A stretch of DNA of 64,000 bases from NCBI RefSeq assembly GCF_009914755.1, contig NC_060926.1. The stretch is one strand, 5' to 3'. Numbering within the stretch: position 1 is the stretch's first letter; every line of letters begins with the position of its first letter. The translations under genes and the position numbers were made by a program. The notes beneath the pieces are model-generated. The model did not search any database, was not told the DNA's origin, and saw only the letters and a program-made list of their open reading frames with translations. Positions 26,795 to 44,589 of the stretch are shown here, in pieces. Source of the DNA: the human T2T-CHM13v2.0 reference genome, Homo sapiens.

Positions 26795-27870
26795 TTTTTT
26801 TAATAAACACTTTATTTTAGAAAAGCTTTATATTTATAGAAAAATTGAGGAGATTGTAGAGTTCCTATATACCACACACACAGTTCTATTATTAATATTT
26901 TACATTTGTCACAATTAATAAATGAATATGGGTATTTATTAACTTTTTTCAGTTTCCTTAGTGTTTAACCTCATCCTTTTTCTGTTCCAGGATCCCTTCT
27001 GGAATATCATATTACATTTAGTCATCATGTCTCCTTAGGATCTTCTTGACTCTGACAGTTTCTCATAGTCTCTGTTTTTTATGACAGTTTTTTGACAGTT
27101 TTGAGTGGTACTGGTCATGTGTTTTGTAGAATTACCCTCAGTTGGGATGTGTCTGATGCTTTTCTCATAGTTAGATAGTGGTTTGGATTTTGGAGAGTAC
27201 GACCATGGAGGTAAAGTGCCATCTCATGACTTCATGTCAAGGGTATACAATGTCAACATGTCTTATTATTGTTGATGTTGACCTTGATCACCTGGCTGAA
27301 CTCATATTTGTCAGATTTCTCCACTGTCAAGTGACTCTTTTAGCCCCCTTCCATATTGTCCTCTTTGAAAGGCAGTCACTATGTGCAGCCCACATTTAAG
27401 GAGGGGAGAGTTATCCTCCACCTTCCTGAGGACAGATATTGTGTCAGTGTTCTCATGCTGCTAATAAAACATACCCAAGACTGGGTCATTCATAAAGGAA
27501 AGACGTTTAATGGACTCACAGTTCAGCATGGCTGGGGAAGGCTCATAACCATGGTGGAAGGCAAAGGAGAAGCAAAAGCATGTCCTACATGGCAACAGAC
27601 AGGAGGGCTTGTGCAGGGGATCTCCCATTTATAAAACCATCAGCTCTTGTAAGACTTATTCACTACCACAAGAACAGTATGGAGGAAACTGCCCCCATGA
27701 TTCAATTATGTCCACCTGACCCTACCCTTGATTTGTGGGGATTATTACAATTCAATGTGTGATTTGGGTAGGGATACAGCCAAACCATATCAGATATTTA
27801 TTTACATTATTTGCAAATCATCTCCTTGGGAGATTCATTTTTGTTTTAATCTACAATTTTCAATTAATAC
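26795..27870 (-). mobile_element. Old L1 (L1MC/L1MD-type) 3'UTR, split by THE1
   Basis: TTCTGTTCCAGGATCCC...TTAGTCATCATGTCTCCTTAG...GACCTTGATCACCTGGCT motifs. Confidence 0.7.
27440..27792 (-). mobile_element. THE1 (THE1A-like) solo LTR
   Basis: Ends CAGCCAAACCATATCA; exact 5-bp TSD GATAT at 27435-27439 and 27793-27797. Confidence 0.92.
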
Positions 27871-27928
27871 TTAAAAGGGAAGTAAGACAGTTTAGGGAGG
27901 AGACTTGGTCCTGGCAGACAAGAGACAT

Positions 27929-28580
27929 TGTAATTAGGATGCCAGTGAGCCTCACATGTCTGGGCATATCACCTCCCCTACCTTGTCTCCCTCAACAAGC
28001 TGACTCAAATCAGTAGCAGAAATGGGGACCCCTCCTAACCTAGAAGACCAGGCAAAATTCCTAACCATAAAAGGAAGAACCTAACCATTTATCTCCTTGT
28101 GTAATGTCTTCCAAGGTTGCTAACGTGCGACTCTGCCATTCCTGATAAGAACCTCACGAGATCCAGCTGGTTGGCAACAAGACGGACTTCAGTGCTGACC
28201 TTTCACTGACTTTTCTGTAACCTTTCATTGACTTTTTTCTCATTATAATCTCATTGTAATACTAAAATCTCTGCCCAAGGCAGGTCCTATCTGCCATTTT
28301 CTGTACATGCAACGCATGTTAGGGCATGATAGTTCCTATGCAGGTGCAAAGAAGACCCTGCCTAAACATGTCTACATGTCTCTCCTTTTTTCCACCTCAA
28401 CTTCCTTAAAAGGACAAGATCTGAGCCCCTCGGTGGGGAGCTGGCATCAGGACTCTCCCTGTACTCTGTTCCTTTGTGTAGCTTGAACCACAGGCTTATT
28501 ATACCTTGCCTTCCTGTTCACCCTGGGGTCAATTTCTATTACCCAAGAGCCATCAGAAGTAGAAGGTGACTTCAAGCTGG
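27929..28580 (+). mobile_element. Probable ERVL-class solo LTR (MER54/MER73/MER74/LTR53-like)
   Basis: CTCATTATAATCTCATTGTAATACTAAAATCTCTGCCC motif and LTR-like layout; family uncertain. Confidence 0.5.
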
Positions 28581-28934
28581 AGTCACTATATATCATAAAC
28601 TGCCTATTATTGTTTACTACCTCAATGTTTAAAATTTCCCCCATTCCTGGAAGATTGAGGCTGCAACAGTGTTCCTGGGGGTCTGAGTTGACTCCTGAGA
28701 AGCATGCATCCTCTTTATTAGTTTCCTGTCCATTTGCTCATCCTTTGATAGTGAGTCAATGAGGAGGCTCTTTGGAATGTTGTAATTTTCTTTATGTTTC
28801 CATTTTCAATTTTTCAATTTTCTACAGTAGAGTATAAAATGTTATTAGTCCACAGCTTGTTCAGATTGAAAACATACTTATTCATAATTAGGTTATATAC
28901 TTGCCAAAGTCTATTAAGAAACTTTCAAAGATAG

Positions 28935-29369
<435 letters not shown>

Positions 29370-30199
29370 CCTGAGCAAAATTTTCAATGCTATACTTTCC
29401 ATAAATTTTTATGGAGTGTTTTTGTATGCCACGTCTTGTGTTATACTGGGGACGTGAAGAGGAAACAAGGGCTCCTTTCCCAGGGGCATCAACCTTGTGG
29501 CAGCTCAGTTCAGATGATAAACTCTCCATTAACATGGGTCCAACACAATACTCTAGAAGTAATAACTATGCTTACTACATCTCTATATATTGTTCCCAAA
29601 CATTTCTATGAAATCAAAAACAAAGAACATAAAATAACTTTTTTATTAAAAAAAGAATTTTATATTACTCTTTAAAAAAAGGAAGAGGAACAAAATTTTC
29701 AATTCACATACAAATAAATAAGTCGATTAGGGATTAAAGAAAATGCTTTTTGTTTTCCTAGCAGAGGAACCTAATAGAGAATTTATTATAAAGTTTAAAT
29801 GCTTTGAAATGTGACCTGCAGGATAAGTACTGAAAGAGGCTAGATTTCTTTTCAGTGTGAACTCAAACCATCATTGCCTCAGGCCTTTCTTCAGAGCTTC
29901 AAAGTTCTGCAAGTCACTATCACATCTTAATAATTTTTGATAAAAGTCTAACTGCTCAGCCTCAGGTTCAGAATCAGGAGAAAGAAACTCCTGTCAGTCT
30001 TTCAGCACTGAAACACAATAAAGCAAGCACAAGCAATCTGTGGGGAAGCTCTGTGAACAGACACCCAAAAACTTCTCCCTTCCTTCCTCCCCCAACTTTT
30101 CTCTTGAACCTAGATCTGGTGACGTTTTCAGTCCTGCTTCCTTTCCTCGGTTGCTACCTCACTTCTCAAACTCCTCGGAACGGAGGGATGCCACAAGGG

Positions 30200-30363
30200 C
30201 AGGGCCAGCTGCAGGTGCAGTGAGAAAGGACACGCAGGGCTCCTTATTCACAAGTATTAGGAATTTCAAGATGGTGACAACAGAGCCTTTCACCAAGGAA
30301 CAGACCCTTCAGAGAGCGTGGCCCTGTGTACTTGTGCAGTCACATGACCATGAAGCAACCCTG
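30200..30363 (-). mobile_element. MER91A-like hAT DNA transposon
   Basis: Terminal inverted repeats CAGGGCCAGCT...AAGCAACCCTG; internal ATTAGGAATTTCAAGATGGTGACAACAGAGC. Confidence 0.75.
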
Positions 30364-30540
30364 TAGGATGGATATACAAATTATTCCACTGGAAAAAAAG
30401 AATATTCTCCAGAATACCAGATGGGCTCTCCTTTCTGAAAAGCTGTTGGAACTGGTGAAGAATTGCAATTTTTAGGTGGCTGTACCCAATGGGAAAAGTC
30501 AGGTGTTGGAATCTTCCTCTAATTACCAGCCCCTTGTTGA

Positions 30541-30983
<443 letters not shown>

Positions 30984-32363
30984 TGTCATTGTTGTTTCTT
31001 TCAAGAATATAAGAAAGCTGATAATTGGGAGAAAGTTTACTATGCACAAAGGATGAACTTCCCTTTTAGCATGTTTTTTTCCAAAAGCCTTAAAATTTGC
31101 AGTTCTACAATTATAGGTATTATACCATGTTGAAGTCTCAATGAATGTGATTTTGTACCAAGAGAGGTCCATGTAGAGCCCTCGGTTTCATGAGTTGCAC
31201 AATAAAACTGCTATTGGTTAAATTCCTAATTCATAAACATAAATGTAACTGCCTTAATAAGTATTCACTGGATAGACTTAGAAATACAATTACAGTTTAA
31301 TTTTCATTAAGTCAATGATTCACTTACAAAGAGAGAATTCTGAGAACATTTTAAATCACAGAATTCTCAAGAATGCCATTCAGAGCTTTATTTTTGATGC
31401 TGATGAAACCAGTGGGATAAGTAGACCCCTTCTGCTCTTACTGATATGTCTTAAATTAGGCAACAAAATAATAGCCAACAAATAAGAAGTATTGTCAAGT
31501 TGAAATAGTTTTACCAGCATCTTAATATATTAACAGCTCTCTGGTGGTGCTACTGAATCAAAGACAAATTTTAGACAGTCTAGAGAAAAAGGCAAAAGCA
31601 TATTCTTTAGGAAGTTGTCTACAAATAAGGTTCTCTGAACTGGGAGCAGCGAGTTTGGGCTTTTAGTCCCTGACAACTCCTTGGAAGAGAGCAGAGCTAA
31701 GCCTTGACTTGATGGACTCTTATGAAAGCGGAGAAGCCAGACATGAATCCATACCGAAAGGAAGACCGCCTGACCTTCACACAAAGCAGCCCAGCTTTAT
31801 AAATGTCAAGAAAGGACTGAGAGCTAGCCTATCCATGGCTTCACCTTTGTTGCTGAAATGGACTATTTACAAGGAAGAGGGCAACAGATAGAAGAATATC
31901 AATAATCTCAGAAATTCTCCAATTCTTTCCTCTATCAAATTGCATTCACTAAATTGCACTTTGGCTTTATGACCCTGGTTTACATTGAGAACCAATAAAA
32001 ATGACCCTTCGTGCACTCTAAGAAAATAGTTGAAAACAATACTGTTGAGAACAGTCATGTCTCTGACATAATATCCTTGGGAAAAATGTTCCTTTGTCAT
32101 ATTCTGAATAACAGGTAGGTTAGGGGGCTCCTACTTCTCCTTCTGATGACATTCAAGAGAGAAGGACATCCCTTTCCTATCAGAATTTTTCCTTTAGTGG
32201 AGTTAACATTTCCTATAGGCCTGAGGCAAGAATTCAGAGACCAGCTTCTTCCTCTAGGCTTCCTCTCACATAGAATAGGGACATGGTAGCCATTCTCTGC
32301 CAGTGTCAGGTGCCCTGATAGAAAGTGCCCAGCAAGCAATATCACATTGTACCACACCACTAG

Positions 32364-32676
<313 letters not shown>

Positions 32677-32814
32677 TGCTCAGCATCTTTATACATGAAA
32701 CATATTTTTAAAAGGTGACTATTAAAGGCAGCTTTGAAGAGGAAATTAAGACACAAATGGCAATGAGCATCTAATAAATAAGAGGGGAAAAAATGTTCCA
32801 TCAACTTAAAGATG

Positions 32815-33020
32815 GATGTGTGTGAAAGTGCATTAATGGGTTAATTGTGTGTGTGTGGTGCGTATGTGTGCACACACATATGATAGCATACGTATATATT
32901 AAATGGTTATATAGGTATTGTGTATTTATATATGATTGTATGTGTATATACATTATTAAATACGATTATATATGTATATATGTATTTATATAATTTCATA
33001 GGCATATGTGTGAGTGTATA
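32815..33020. repeat. Degenerate (TG)/(TA) low-complexity tract
   Basis: Directly visible. Confidence 0.8.
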
Positions 33021-33394
33021 CTTCCTGTGGGTCTTTAAAAAATGAAATCACAAGGAGTTCATCATCCTATTTCTGTACTGGGCTACTTCTTTGACTTACC
33101 AACCAATTTGTAAAAATGTAGCCCTGATCCCTAGTATGTGCCCAGAGAGCCCTGTATCTCACCATGAGCTTTGGAACTTGTCTGACCAGGGCCATGGGAA
33201 ACTTGATATTTAACACTGCTGCTAACTCTTGGCTCCTGCAGCAGAGTATGTTACTGGGATGGCAGTACAAGTAAAAATGGTATGGCAGTGCGGGTCATGG
33301 TGCCCACGTACGCTGCTTGGAACAGGCTTTCACGAACCCTCAGGATGAGGATTCATAGCCTACTATCACTTCAAGTCCAAGATGGAAAGTCCTT

Positions 33395-33575
33395 TTGGTG
33401 TCTTCCACGTCATGGTTCATGGACAGTTAGTGTCAGCATCACTGAGGAATGTGTTAGAAAATCAGTCTCAGGACCCAACTCTGTCCTATTAAAACAAAAT
33501 CTTGCAATGAGACTGAGGAAACCATGATCTGACAAGCTGTGCAGGTGATGCACACTGAAATTTGGGAATCAAAGA
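33395..33575. mobile_element. MER5A-like MITE
   Basis: CAGCATCACTGAGGAATGTGTTAGAAA...CAGGTGATGCACACTGAAATTTGGGAA. Confidence 0.6.
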
Positions 33576-34869
33576 GGCCTCAGAAGTGGGTAACTGATGT
33601 GTTATTAGAAGGTTACTCAGTCTTCTGATTTAGAGCAGGTGGTCAGGAAATATTCAGTCTCCAAGAGAATGAAAGTAGGGGGCTGACTTACCATTGTAGA
33701 CTTTTGGGAATTAATAAATATGTATATCTGAAAAAGAGAGACACTTTGTCTAAGTGAATATAGTATTAAGATTCTGTAATTGCCAGAGCATTTCAGGAAG
33801 CAACCTTCTGCCTGAGGCAGGACTGTTAGAATGAAGTCATCTTAGTATGGTTATAATGCCTGCCAGATGCATTTTAAAACACAACTGGTTTGACTGGTGT
33901 CTAAAACAGGCTGATAAGGAGTTCAGTGCCTGTGAGTCTAAAAAGGCCAACCGTAGAGTTAAAAAACATTCAAAAGCCTCAATCACTTCATTTTGAGACC
34001 ATATTTTACCTGTGTTACAGTTTCCCAAAATTAAACAGCTTTGTATCATAAACAGCTGAGCAGTCGTCCCGAAATTGTTAGGAATGACTGCCAAAAAGAA
34101 CTTCCTGTTATGTTTTTCATTATTGTGGCTATTGATCATTTATGAGTAACAGCAAAAAATGAGGGATTTTTCTAAACATTGAGATCTTCCCTTTGGGATC
34201 AAAATGCAAATAAGTCAGATGAGGTTCAGACTGGAAGAGGGAGAGGGAAGGAGAAAGTTATTCATGTGAAGCAACCAACTGCATGTTGTAGCGCCTCTAA
34301 AGCCTTTGGTCCGTTACTTGTGTTTTCTTTAATTCTAGTTTGATAATGTCTTTGGATGCCTAAGCTCCCCTCCTGTTTTTATCCTATCAACCTTACATCT
34401 CAGTTCAAAATTATTAGGCATTTTCCACTGCTATTCAGTGTGATGATCAAAACAAATTGCCAATCCTTTTTCCCTGGTAAAGAGTCCGAGGCACTGACAG
34501 TTCAGATAAGCGATGTGTTTCTACAGCAGTCAGAAGTGTACAAAAGTGTTCATCTTGGAGCCCTTAGCTTCTTTGCTCACCATCTCCATTCTTACACCAC
34601 AACACATTCTGCACATAAAATACTCACATTAATTCAATCATGAAAAGACAAAGTTTACACACTGTCATAGCTCCAGCTGCTATGACAAAAATGCCATAGA
34701 CTTGGTGGCTTACACAACAAACTATTTCTGAATGTTCCAGAGCCTAGAGCTTTAGTCTCTTAGAAGTAGCTTTTTAGTGCAAAAAAAAAAAAACAAGAAA
34801 CTTCTGGACAAACCAGGATCCACTTTAGGCTCAGGTCACCTCATTTCCAACTCCTTGAACCACTTCAAT

Positions 34870-35301
34870 TGTTAAAGAAAAGTTATTCCGACACTTGCTA
34901 AAATGGTAAGGAAAACTTCATTCAAGACTTTATTCAGGACTATTGCAATAGGTGTCAAGACTGTAGCAAGCAACCGGGGAGAGATGGGGCTCCACTTCAA
35001 ATACAAGAAAAAGTGGAAATCTCTAGCCAAGGAGCAGGTGGGATGGGGATGGATGTTGGCAGAGGGAAAATTACTAACAGGAGACATCAAGGACAGGGGG
35101 CATTTTTGTTGGACTGACCACACAGGATTCTTGCTAAGAGCAGGCCAGGGTGATCAGAGATCAAGGGCGTGAGGGCTCTTGCTAAACTGACCTAGCAGGA
35201 TTCTTGCTAATACTGGATTCTGCCAGGAGGGAAGGCCAAGGCCTAGTTGAGCACAGGGTTCAAAGAAGCCTGACTAGTTTGGTCAGGGAGAGTCTTTGTC
35301 A
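34870..35301 (-). mobile_element. MER31-like ERV1 solo LTR
   Basis: TG...CA termini (TGTTAAAGAAAAG...AGTCTTTGTCA), repeated GGATTCTTGCTAA, 4-bp TSD CAAT/CTAT. Confidence 0.8.
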
Positions 35302-36037
35302 CTATGTACCATAAAAACATGCTGACCGTGTCATAACACTCTGGAAGCAGACAGCATCTATGACTGCCCTCCATAAATGACTGGGTCCCATTCCACCATG
35401 AGTTTTATTATCAAATCTTGCCCTTAAGGTCTTGTTCATGTCCTCTAGCTCAGCCTACTCAGCAGGGATATAGGAAGATTTTAAAACACAGACTCCTTCA
35501 AAGCAAAGATATGAAAGGATGTGGCTTTGTATCTACTCAGAGCTGGGAGCTGCCAGATAATCTGAATAGAACCAAGGGGCTCAATGACACCCACCCCCCA
35601 AGTCTTAGTTTTTTGTGGTACCTGGTATTTTCATCATGGAAATAATTACTCAGAGAAATTTCTGAAAACAAAAACACCTGTCTACCTCCTTCCTTTGTCA
35701 CCTATAGTTTGTTGGATTTCAAAGCACAGAAATTGAGTCAGGGTTAATAGTTATGATGCTTTCAAAAGTAGCAGAAACCAGGACAGAAACTGGCTTAAAC
35801 AATAATGAAACTTACTTTTACACATAAAATACTCAGAAGTAGGGAGTCTTCAGAAATAATATGAAGAGTTGCAAAATTATGTAATTTTTTTTAAAAAAGT
35901 TATATTTTTCTGTCTCTTCGCTATTTTTTCCTTAATATCTACTTCATCCTGGTCTTGTCATGGCTTCAGAATGACTGCCTATGAAAATTTAAGTTACATG
36001 CTTCTTTGTGCATGTTAAATAGAAAGCAGAGACACAG

Positions 36038-36400
36038 TGATATGGTTTGGTTGTGTCCCCACCCAAATCTCATCTTGAATTGTAGCTCCCATAATTCCCA
36101 CATGTCGTGGGAGGGACCTGGTGGGAGGTAATTGAATCATGGGGGCAGGTCTTCCCGTGCTGTTCTTGTGATAGTGAACGTCTCACAAGATCTGATGGTT
36201 TTATAAATGGGAGTCCCTGCACAAGCACTTTCTCTTGCCTGCCGCCATGTAGGATGCCCCTTGGCTCTTCCTTCATCTTCTGCCATGATTTTGAGGCCTC
36301 CTCAGCCATGTGGAACTGTGAGTCCATTAAACCTCTTTCCTTTATAAATTACCCAGTGTTGAGTATGTCTTTTTGAGCAGCATGAGAACACACTAATACA
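36038..36400 (+). mobile_element. THE1 (THE1B/C-like) solo LTR
   Basis: TGATATGGTTTGG...CTAATACA; exact TSD CACAG at 36033-36037 and 36401-36405; appears to sit inside an older MLT1-like relic. Confidence 0.95.
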
Positions 36401-36589
36401 CACAGAGATATGCCCCCTACACATAAGTTATATGCCCACCCCAACCACATTTATCATCACTGGGTTAATTCCATAACAAAATTTAGCTCTTTCTGGAGCA
36501 AAGGATGAAGTAGATGCTTGATCCCAATCAGGGCTCTGATAAAAAAAGGAAATGGGAAAGGATCACAGCTAGGTGACTGTCCTTAAAAT

Positions 36590-37030
36590 CTGTTGTTAGC
36601 ACACCACCGTCACTGTACCCCCAACTTTCCTCCACAATTCAAAGGCTAAAACCCTGTAACTACATTTTATAGACACCCTTACTTGTATGATACAGGTTCA
36701 AACTCCTGCAAAGAAAGACAATTCTGTGAAATGTAGAAAGTGAAAGAAAAGCAGAAGCTATAATATGGTAGGCAGACTACAGTCATGAGAAGTTCAGCGG
36801 TTTCCAGAAGTTCTGTGAATTGCCCTCTTCAGCAGGCAGCAGAAATCACTGGAGGCAGCATCCTATGGCCCCAGTAATTCCTGATTCCCAAAATGTTAGC
36901 AGAGGTTTTCCTCAACCTTCACTTCTCCAACACTTCTGATAGTTCTGCAAACATCTATTTCTTGGTACTAAGTTTTTTCCTGTTTACAATATCTAGAATA
37001 GCGTCATTTTTTGCGACCCTTAACTTCCTG
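36590..37030 (+). mobile_element. Old ERVL LTR (LTR33-like)
   Basis: CTACATTTT...GACACCCTT and 3' TTCCTGTTTACAATATCTAGAATAG resemble LTR33-family sequence. Confidence 0.45.
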
Positions 37031-37314
37031 CAAACTCAGCGTCCCCTTTACCTGGAAAGAGAGTGACACCAACTAGTACAAATGCCATTAGGCGATCTGG
37101 AGGAAGGACTCCCAAAAAGGAAAACAGCATTTCCACTATCATCTCTAGTCTCCTCTTTCATGATATTTTAGATCAGTTTTGAGCATAACCACTTTCTCAA
37201 TACTTATTTATTGACCAGAGAGATACCCCTCCATATACGACACAAACCTTACAGTGGTGGCCTGGAATATACATTCATGAATTAAGAAATTCAGCACTGC
37301 CATCTGCTCTGCTT

Positions 37315-39938
<2,624 letters not shown>

Positions 39939-41439
39939 ACAAATGAAAGAAATTTCCAGAAAGAAATATTACTAATCATTTCCTAAGAAATGAAAATATT
40001 TTAACACCAAAAATATAGGAAAGAGAATTTTTTATATAGGACAGTCTTTTAACTTGGATGTATTTACTATTTTAAAACAACCGAACAAACAAACAAACAA
40101 ACACATTTTACTCAGCCCATTTCTCCACAGAGCGGTGAAAGCTCCTTTAACTGAGGAGCCAGGCTATCAGTACATTTGAAGCCACTGTCTGAGTGATGCC
40201 AGAACACATACCACCTCATGAGAGAAGCCAAAATTGATTATTTGGGATGTTTCTTAGCCTGTTTCATCATATAATTGAAACTCTACCACCACTTTTCTTT
40301 CATAAAAATAATAGGCCCTTGAAAATCAATATCAATATGATTTGTAACTGCTCAGCTACTGGAAAAAGTTGGTTAATCTGGTCAGTGCTGTTTCAGTGGA
40401 GGGGTGATCCTGAATTTTGTAATCCCTTTCTTAGAATACTCCATCAAATTTTATTCAGTTTTTAAAAATCCCCAGATACCAGACATTGTTGAAATTTGCT
40501 ATGAAGTGCTGGAATGTAATAAGCAAATTAAAAAATAAAATATGCTTACTGATTTCACTTTTATTTCTCAGTACATAACTAAGAAAATTTTCTTTTCCTT
40601 TTTATTCAACACACAATTTCTTTGAATTCTCCTTGCTTTGTATGACATAGAAAAATTGTATCACTGAGAATACATGTGGAACCTGAACAGAAAGGAGAGA
40701 AAAATAGCAACAGTACCTTTCATAGTTTCTTAGAAGCTAGTGTAATCTGGAAAAAAATCACAGCTCCATCACAGCATTGTATCTGACTCTTGGGCTCAGG
40801 TGAGAAACTCATATCTGATCACAGAAGTTTTGTTTTGTAAGTTTGCCTCTACAACTTCTTCCCTTCAAAACATGTTGAGAAATTGATATTGCGAGGGCAA
40901 GACTGTGCTATGAATACAAAAAGCAAACAGAAAACTGAAGGGCGTGGTTTCATTTCAAGGTCAAGGTGAAAAGGTCCTGATAGTAATATTTTTCTGTTTT
41001 TCTCTATAATAATATATAGGCAATAATTCTGAAAAATATTCTACATTTTTACATTGGAATCCACATATAATAGTCACATTGATTAAAATGTTAACCATTC
41101 GCCTATTTTTAGTTAAGTATTTAACTTCCACAAATTACATTTAAATAATGAAGGCTCACAATAACGGAGAAAGATTGTTTAGGGAGTGTATTGTACGATT
41201 TTTTTTTTTATTTAAAAGGTGACTAAATATCACTGACTTCGTTTAAAAGCAAAGCCATCAAATATCTATAAAATGTGACTTAAAGCATTTCTTTTATCGG
41301 GCAAGTCCTATTGTTATCTATTTAAAAATGCTTCAAAAATCCTATAGTATTTGTGCTCCTAATCATCATATCACATTGTCTAAAGGTTACTTTTTATGCC
41401 ATATTGCTCTTCTACTCAAGTTCTCCTGTGACTTTTCTT

Positions 41440-41720
41440 CTCACTTAGATTAAGATACAGGCCTCACATGATCTAGTCCCTAATTTCCTGTTAATCCCAT
41501 CACCTGTGATTTTTCTCTTCCTAGCTCTCTCCCATCTACCCAGCCACACTGGCCTCTGCCCTGTCCCTTGAGTGCACCAAGAACACTCTGGCTTACTGGT
41601 CTTTGAGGAAGTTTCCCCTGTCCTTGGAATGCTCTTCTTCAAGATAACCCTGTGGCTCACAACCTCACTTCCTTTAGCTCTCTGATCAAATACGGTTTCT
41701 CTGAGAGCCATCCCTGACAC
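41440..41720 (+). mobile_element. L2a fragment
   Basis: CCAGCCACACTGGCCTC...TGGAATGCTCTTC...CTCACTTCCTTTAG. Confidence 0.75.
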
Positions 41721-41725
41721 ATGTG

Positions 41726-41727
<2 letters not shown>

Positions 41728-41774
<47 letters not shown>
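41728..41774. repeat. (TG)n microsatellite, ~23 units
   Basis: Directly visible pure repeat. Confidence 0.97.
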
Positions 41775-41777
<3 letters not shown>

Positions 41778-41779
41778 CA

Positions 41780-42098
41780 TGTTATGTACCAAGTGTTTGT
41801 GTCCACCCCAAATTCATATGTTGAAACCCTCACTCCCTTGTCTGATGGGATGAGTGTTCTTAAAAGAAGAAACAGCAGCTCTCTCCACCATGTGAGGACA
41901 TAGCAAGAAGGCCATCTGCAAGACAGGAAGAGAGCCCTCACTAGAACCTGATTCTGCTGGCACCCTAATCTCAGACTTTCAGCCTCCAGAACTGCAGGAA
42001 AATAAATGTCTATTGTTTAAGACAACCAGTCTGTGTTTTTTTGTTTGTTTGTTTTGTTTGTTTGTTTTTGTTATGGCAGCCTGAGCTAATATAGTACA
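41780..42098 (+). mobile_element. MLT1A-type MaLR LTR
   Basis: CCCCAAATTCATATGTTGAAACCCT...GTGAGGACATAGCAAGAAGG...CAGCCTCCAGAACT...ATGGCAGCCTGAGCT. Confidence 0.85.
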
Positions 42099-42961
42099 CA
42101 TAAACATGCATGTGTATTTGTCTGTCATGTATATGTGGGTGTGTACAAATTCATGGATTTATTTCTTTTGCTTACATTGTTCTCCTTGCTGCTGCTGCTG
42201 CTGTCTATTCAGAATGATCCTTCTATATTTTCCTTCATAGCAATATCCCAGCATACCTAGCATGTACTTTACTTGTTAATTTGCTTATTGCCTCTTCTCT
42301 CCAAGTAGAATATAAGCTCCATCATAACTAAAATGGCCATTCCATTGTAACCATGATTCTGAGCTTTTCTTAAAGCTTTTCTCTTCCCTCCTTTGGATAC
42401 AACTTTTTGTTGGAAAGGCTGCAGTGAGTGAGGCATGTGATCCACTATTCTTCTCCACTTCACTTGCTCTTTCCCTTCGTCTCCCCTCCTTGCTAACTTC
42501 CATGTGGACCTGAGGGAAGTGGACAAGGTGGCAAAGAATACAGTAGAACTGGGTGAATACAGCTGGATTCTGACATGTGTGTCTGAGGCCTTCAAAGGCA
42601 TATAAACCTTTTTTTCCTATAGTCTTCGTCAGGGTTTCTTAGATATGCTGCTTGGGTAGCCTAAGGTCTTCCTTTACGCTGGCTATTTTTCCCTCAACCA
42701 CTATGCAATGTCAGTCATCCCTCTATAGCGTCACTTTGCCTCTCTAGACATCTCTCTCTGGCCAAATCTCTTTCAGGTTGGCTTCTTGGCCTCTTCCCGC
42801 CTTCTATCTTTTCTTCTGTCTTTTCTTCTTCAAGGGATCACACATCCTTGTCCTGCATGTGCAGTTTGCTCATGTATTGCCCTTTATAACTTTGCTTTGC
42901 CACAACCATGTAACTCCAGGTTCAGCCTTTCATCTTCAGTCTTCCACAGGTAGGGATGAAA

Positions 42962-43475
42962 TGTGTTTCTCTTCTAGTTACTGAGACTGCATAACAAATT
43001 ACCTTAAAACTTATGTGTGCCAGATGACCATATATTATGCTAGAGGATTCTGAGTCAAGGTATTAAGAGACTATTCCAGGAAGTTTGCTGAGGGGCTCAG
43101 CTGTAAGACTGAAAGCCTAGGGGCTAGGATCAGCTAAAAGTAGTTCACCCATGTCAGTGCCTAATGCAGGCTCTTGACTGGGGTCTCAGCTCCTCTCCAA
43201 GTATCCCCTCCATGTGGACTAAGTTGGACTTCCTCAAAGCAAGGTGACTGGCATCCCCAGAATAAGCATCCTGAATAAAGAAAGTTAGACAAAGACTCTT
43301 TCATTTTATGATATAGCCTCAGAAGTCACACAGCAGCAGTATTATTTCTCTGTGTTCTCCAGTCAGAGCAGTCACATCACGCCCTGGTTCAACAGGAGGA
43401 AAAATAGGCTTTTCCCTTGGCAACAGGTAAAGTTCTGGCAGACCGCATTATTATGACCTTGGCAAAATGCAATAT
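42962..43475 (-). mobile_element. Old MLT1 (F/G/H-type) LTR
   Basis: GCATAACAAATTACCTTAAAACTTA...GCCTCAGAAGTCACACAGCA. Confidence 0.65.
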
Positions 43476-44589
43476 CCCAAGAATTTTTTTAACCAAACTG
43501 CGAGGGACAGATGTCATATGTTCAAGTCCTTGTTACTTAGCACGAGGTAAGGGAAAGCACTTCATCCTCTGTTCCACGTGGGGAGTGAAGGGAGAAAAAC
43601 AATGACACAAAAGCCAACAACATTCTCCAGGGAAATTCTCTGTTATTTCCATTTCTTTCTTAATTTATTTTTACCTTCAAGAGGTGTATATGGGCTAAGG
43701 AGGCAAAACAAGCCTTTATCATTTCCTTTGCAAACCCTGTATAAGTGGACCAGCACCTCAGTTTGGAAGCTGGGAAATGCACTAATTTTCTTCACGTATG
43801 GCCTTTGAGGAGACTGCTGAAATGTTGAAAGTGTCCCATTTATACATTTCATTAAGTATAAAGTCAAATATATCAGCACATAAAAGGAATATAGCCAAAT
43901 TGAGAGAATTGAATTTTAGAAATTGAAGGATGGGTTGATATTAGGAAACCTGTTAACATATTTGTCACCCATAAGACATAGAGTGCTTTTACAAAACAAT
44001 ATAAAAAACACAGAGAAATTCGTGAGAAAGTCTTACAAGAAATAGGCTAAGGACATGAAGTGACACACAAATTCAAATAACCAATAGAATAATGCACAAG
44101 CTAATTGGATAAACAAAGATTAGGTAAGAAATAGCAAGTACTACTTTTAATGTATACAAATTATAGGTAATATAGAATAATATAACTCAGTTTTTGTGAC
44201 TTCAGAGGTAGATTTTCTTTTCCCTAATGAGCATATAACACTTTTGGGTACATGCACACACAAGTGTGCTTTTGTTTTTCCAATTACAAAAATATAATGT
44301 GAGCGTAGGACTAAATGATGTCTAAGAGTCCTTCCAGGTCTAAGGTCTCATTATTTTCAGCTTAATATTTTTATTGCAATATCCTTTCACCAGCTGGCTT
44401 CAAAACTTAGAATATCGCCCCAATGCCAACAAAAGAAAACCAAATGCTGTAGCTTAATGCTCAAAGGTGTCTACTCTTATTCCAGTATACTTTCCCATTT
44501 CGACTGTGTGTACCTTAATTGCAATCATATCAAGTGACCAATTATTCTTTCTACATAGTCCCATGTCGTTATTCATATTGTTCACACCA

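Noticed and set aside
31545-31860. Possible antisense LTR relic
   Set aside because: The start resembles ERV1-type LTR ends, but I could not match the body or find a TSD
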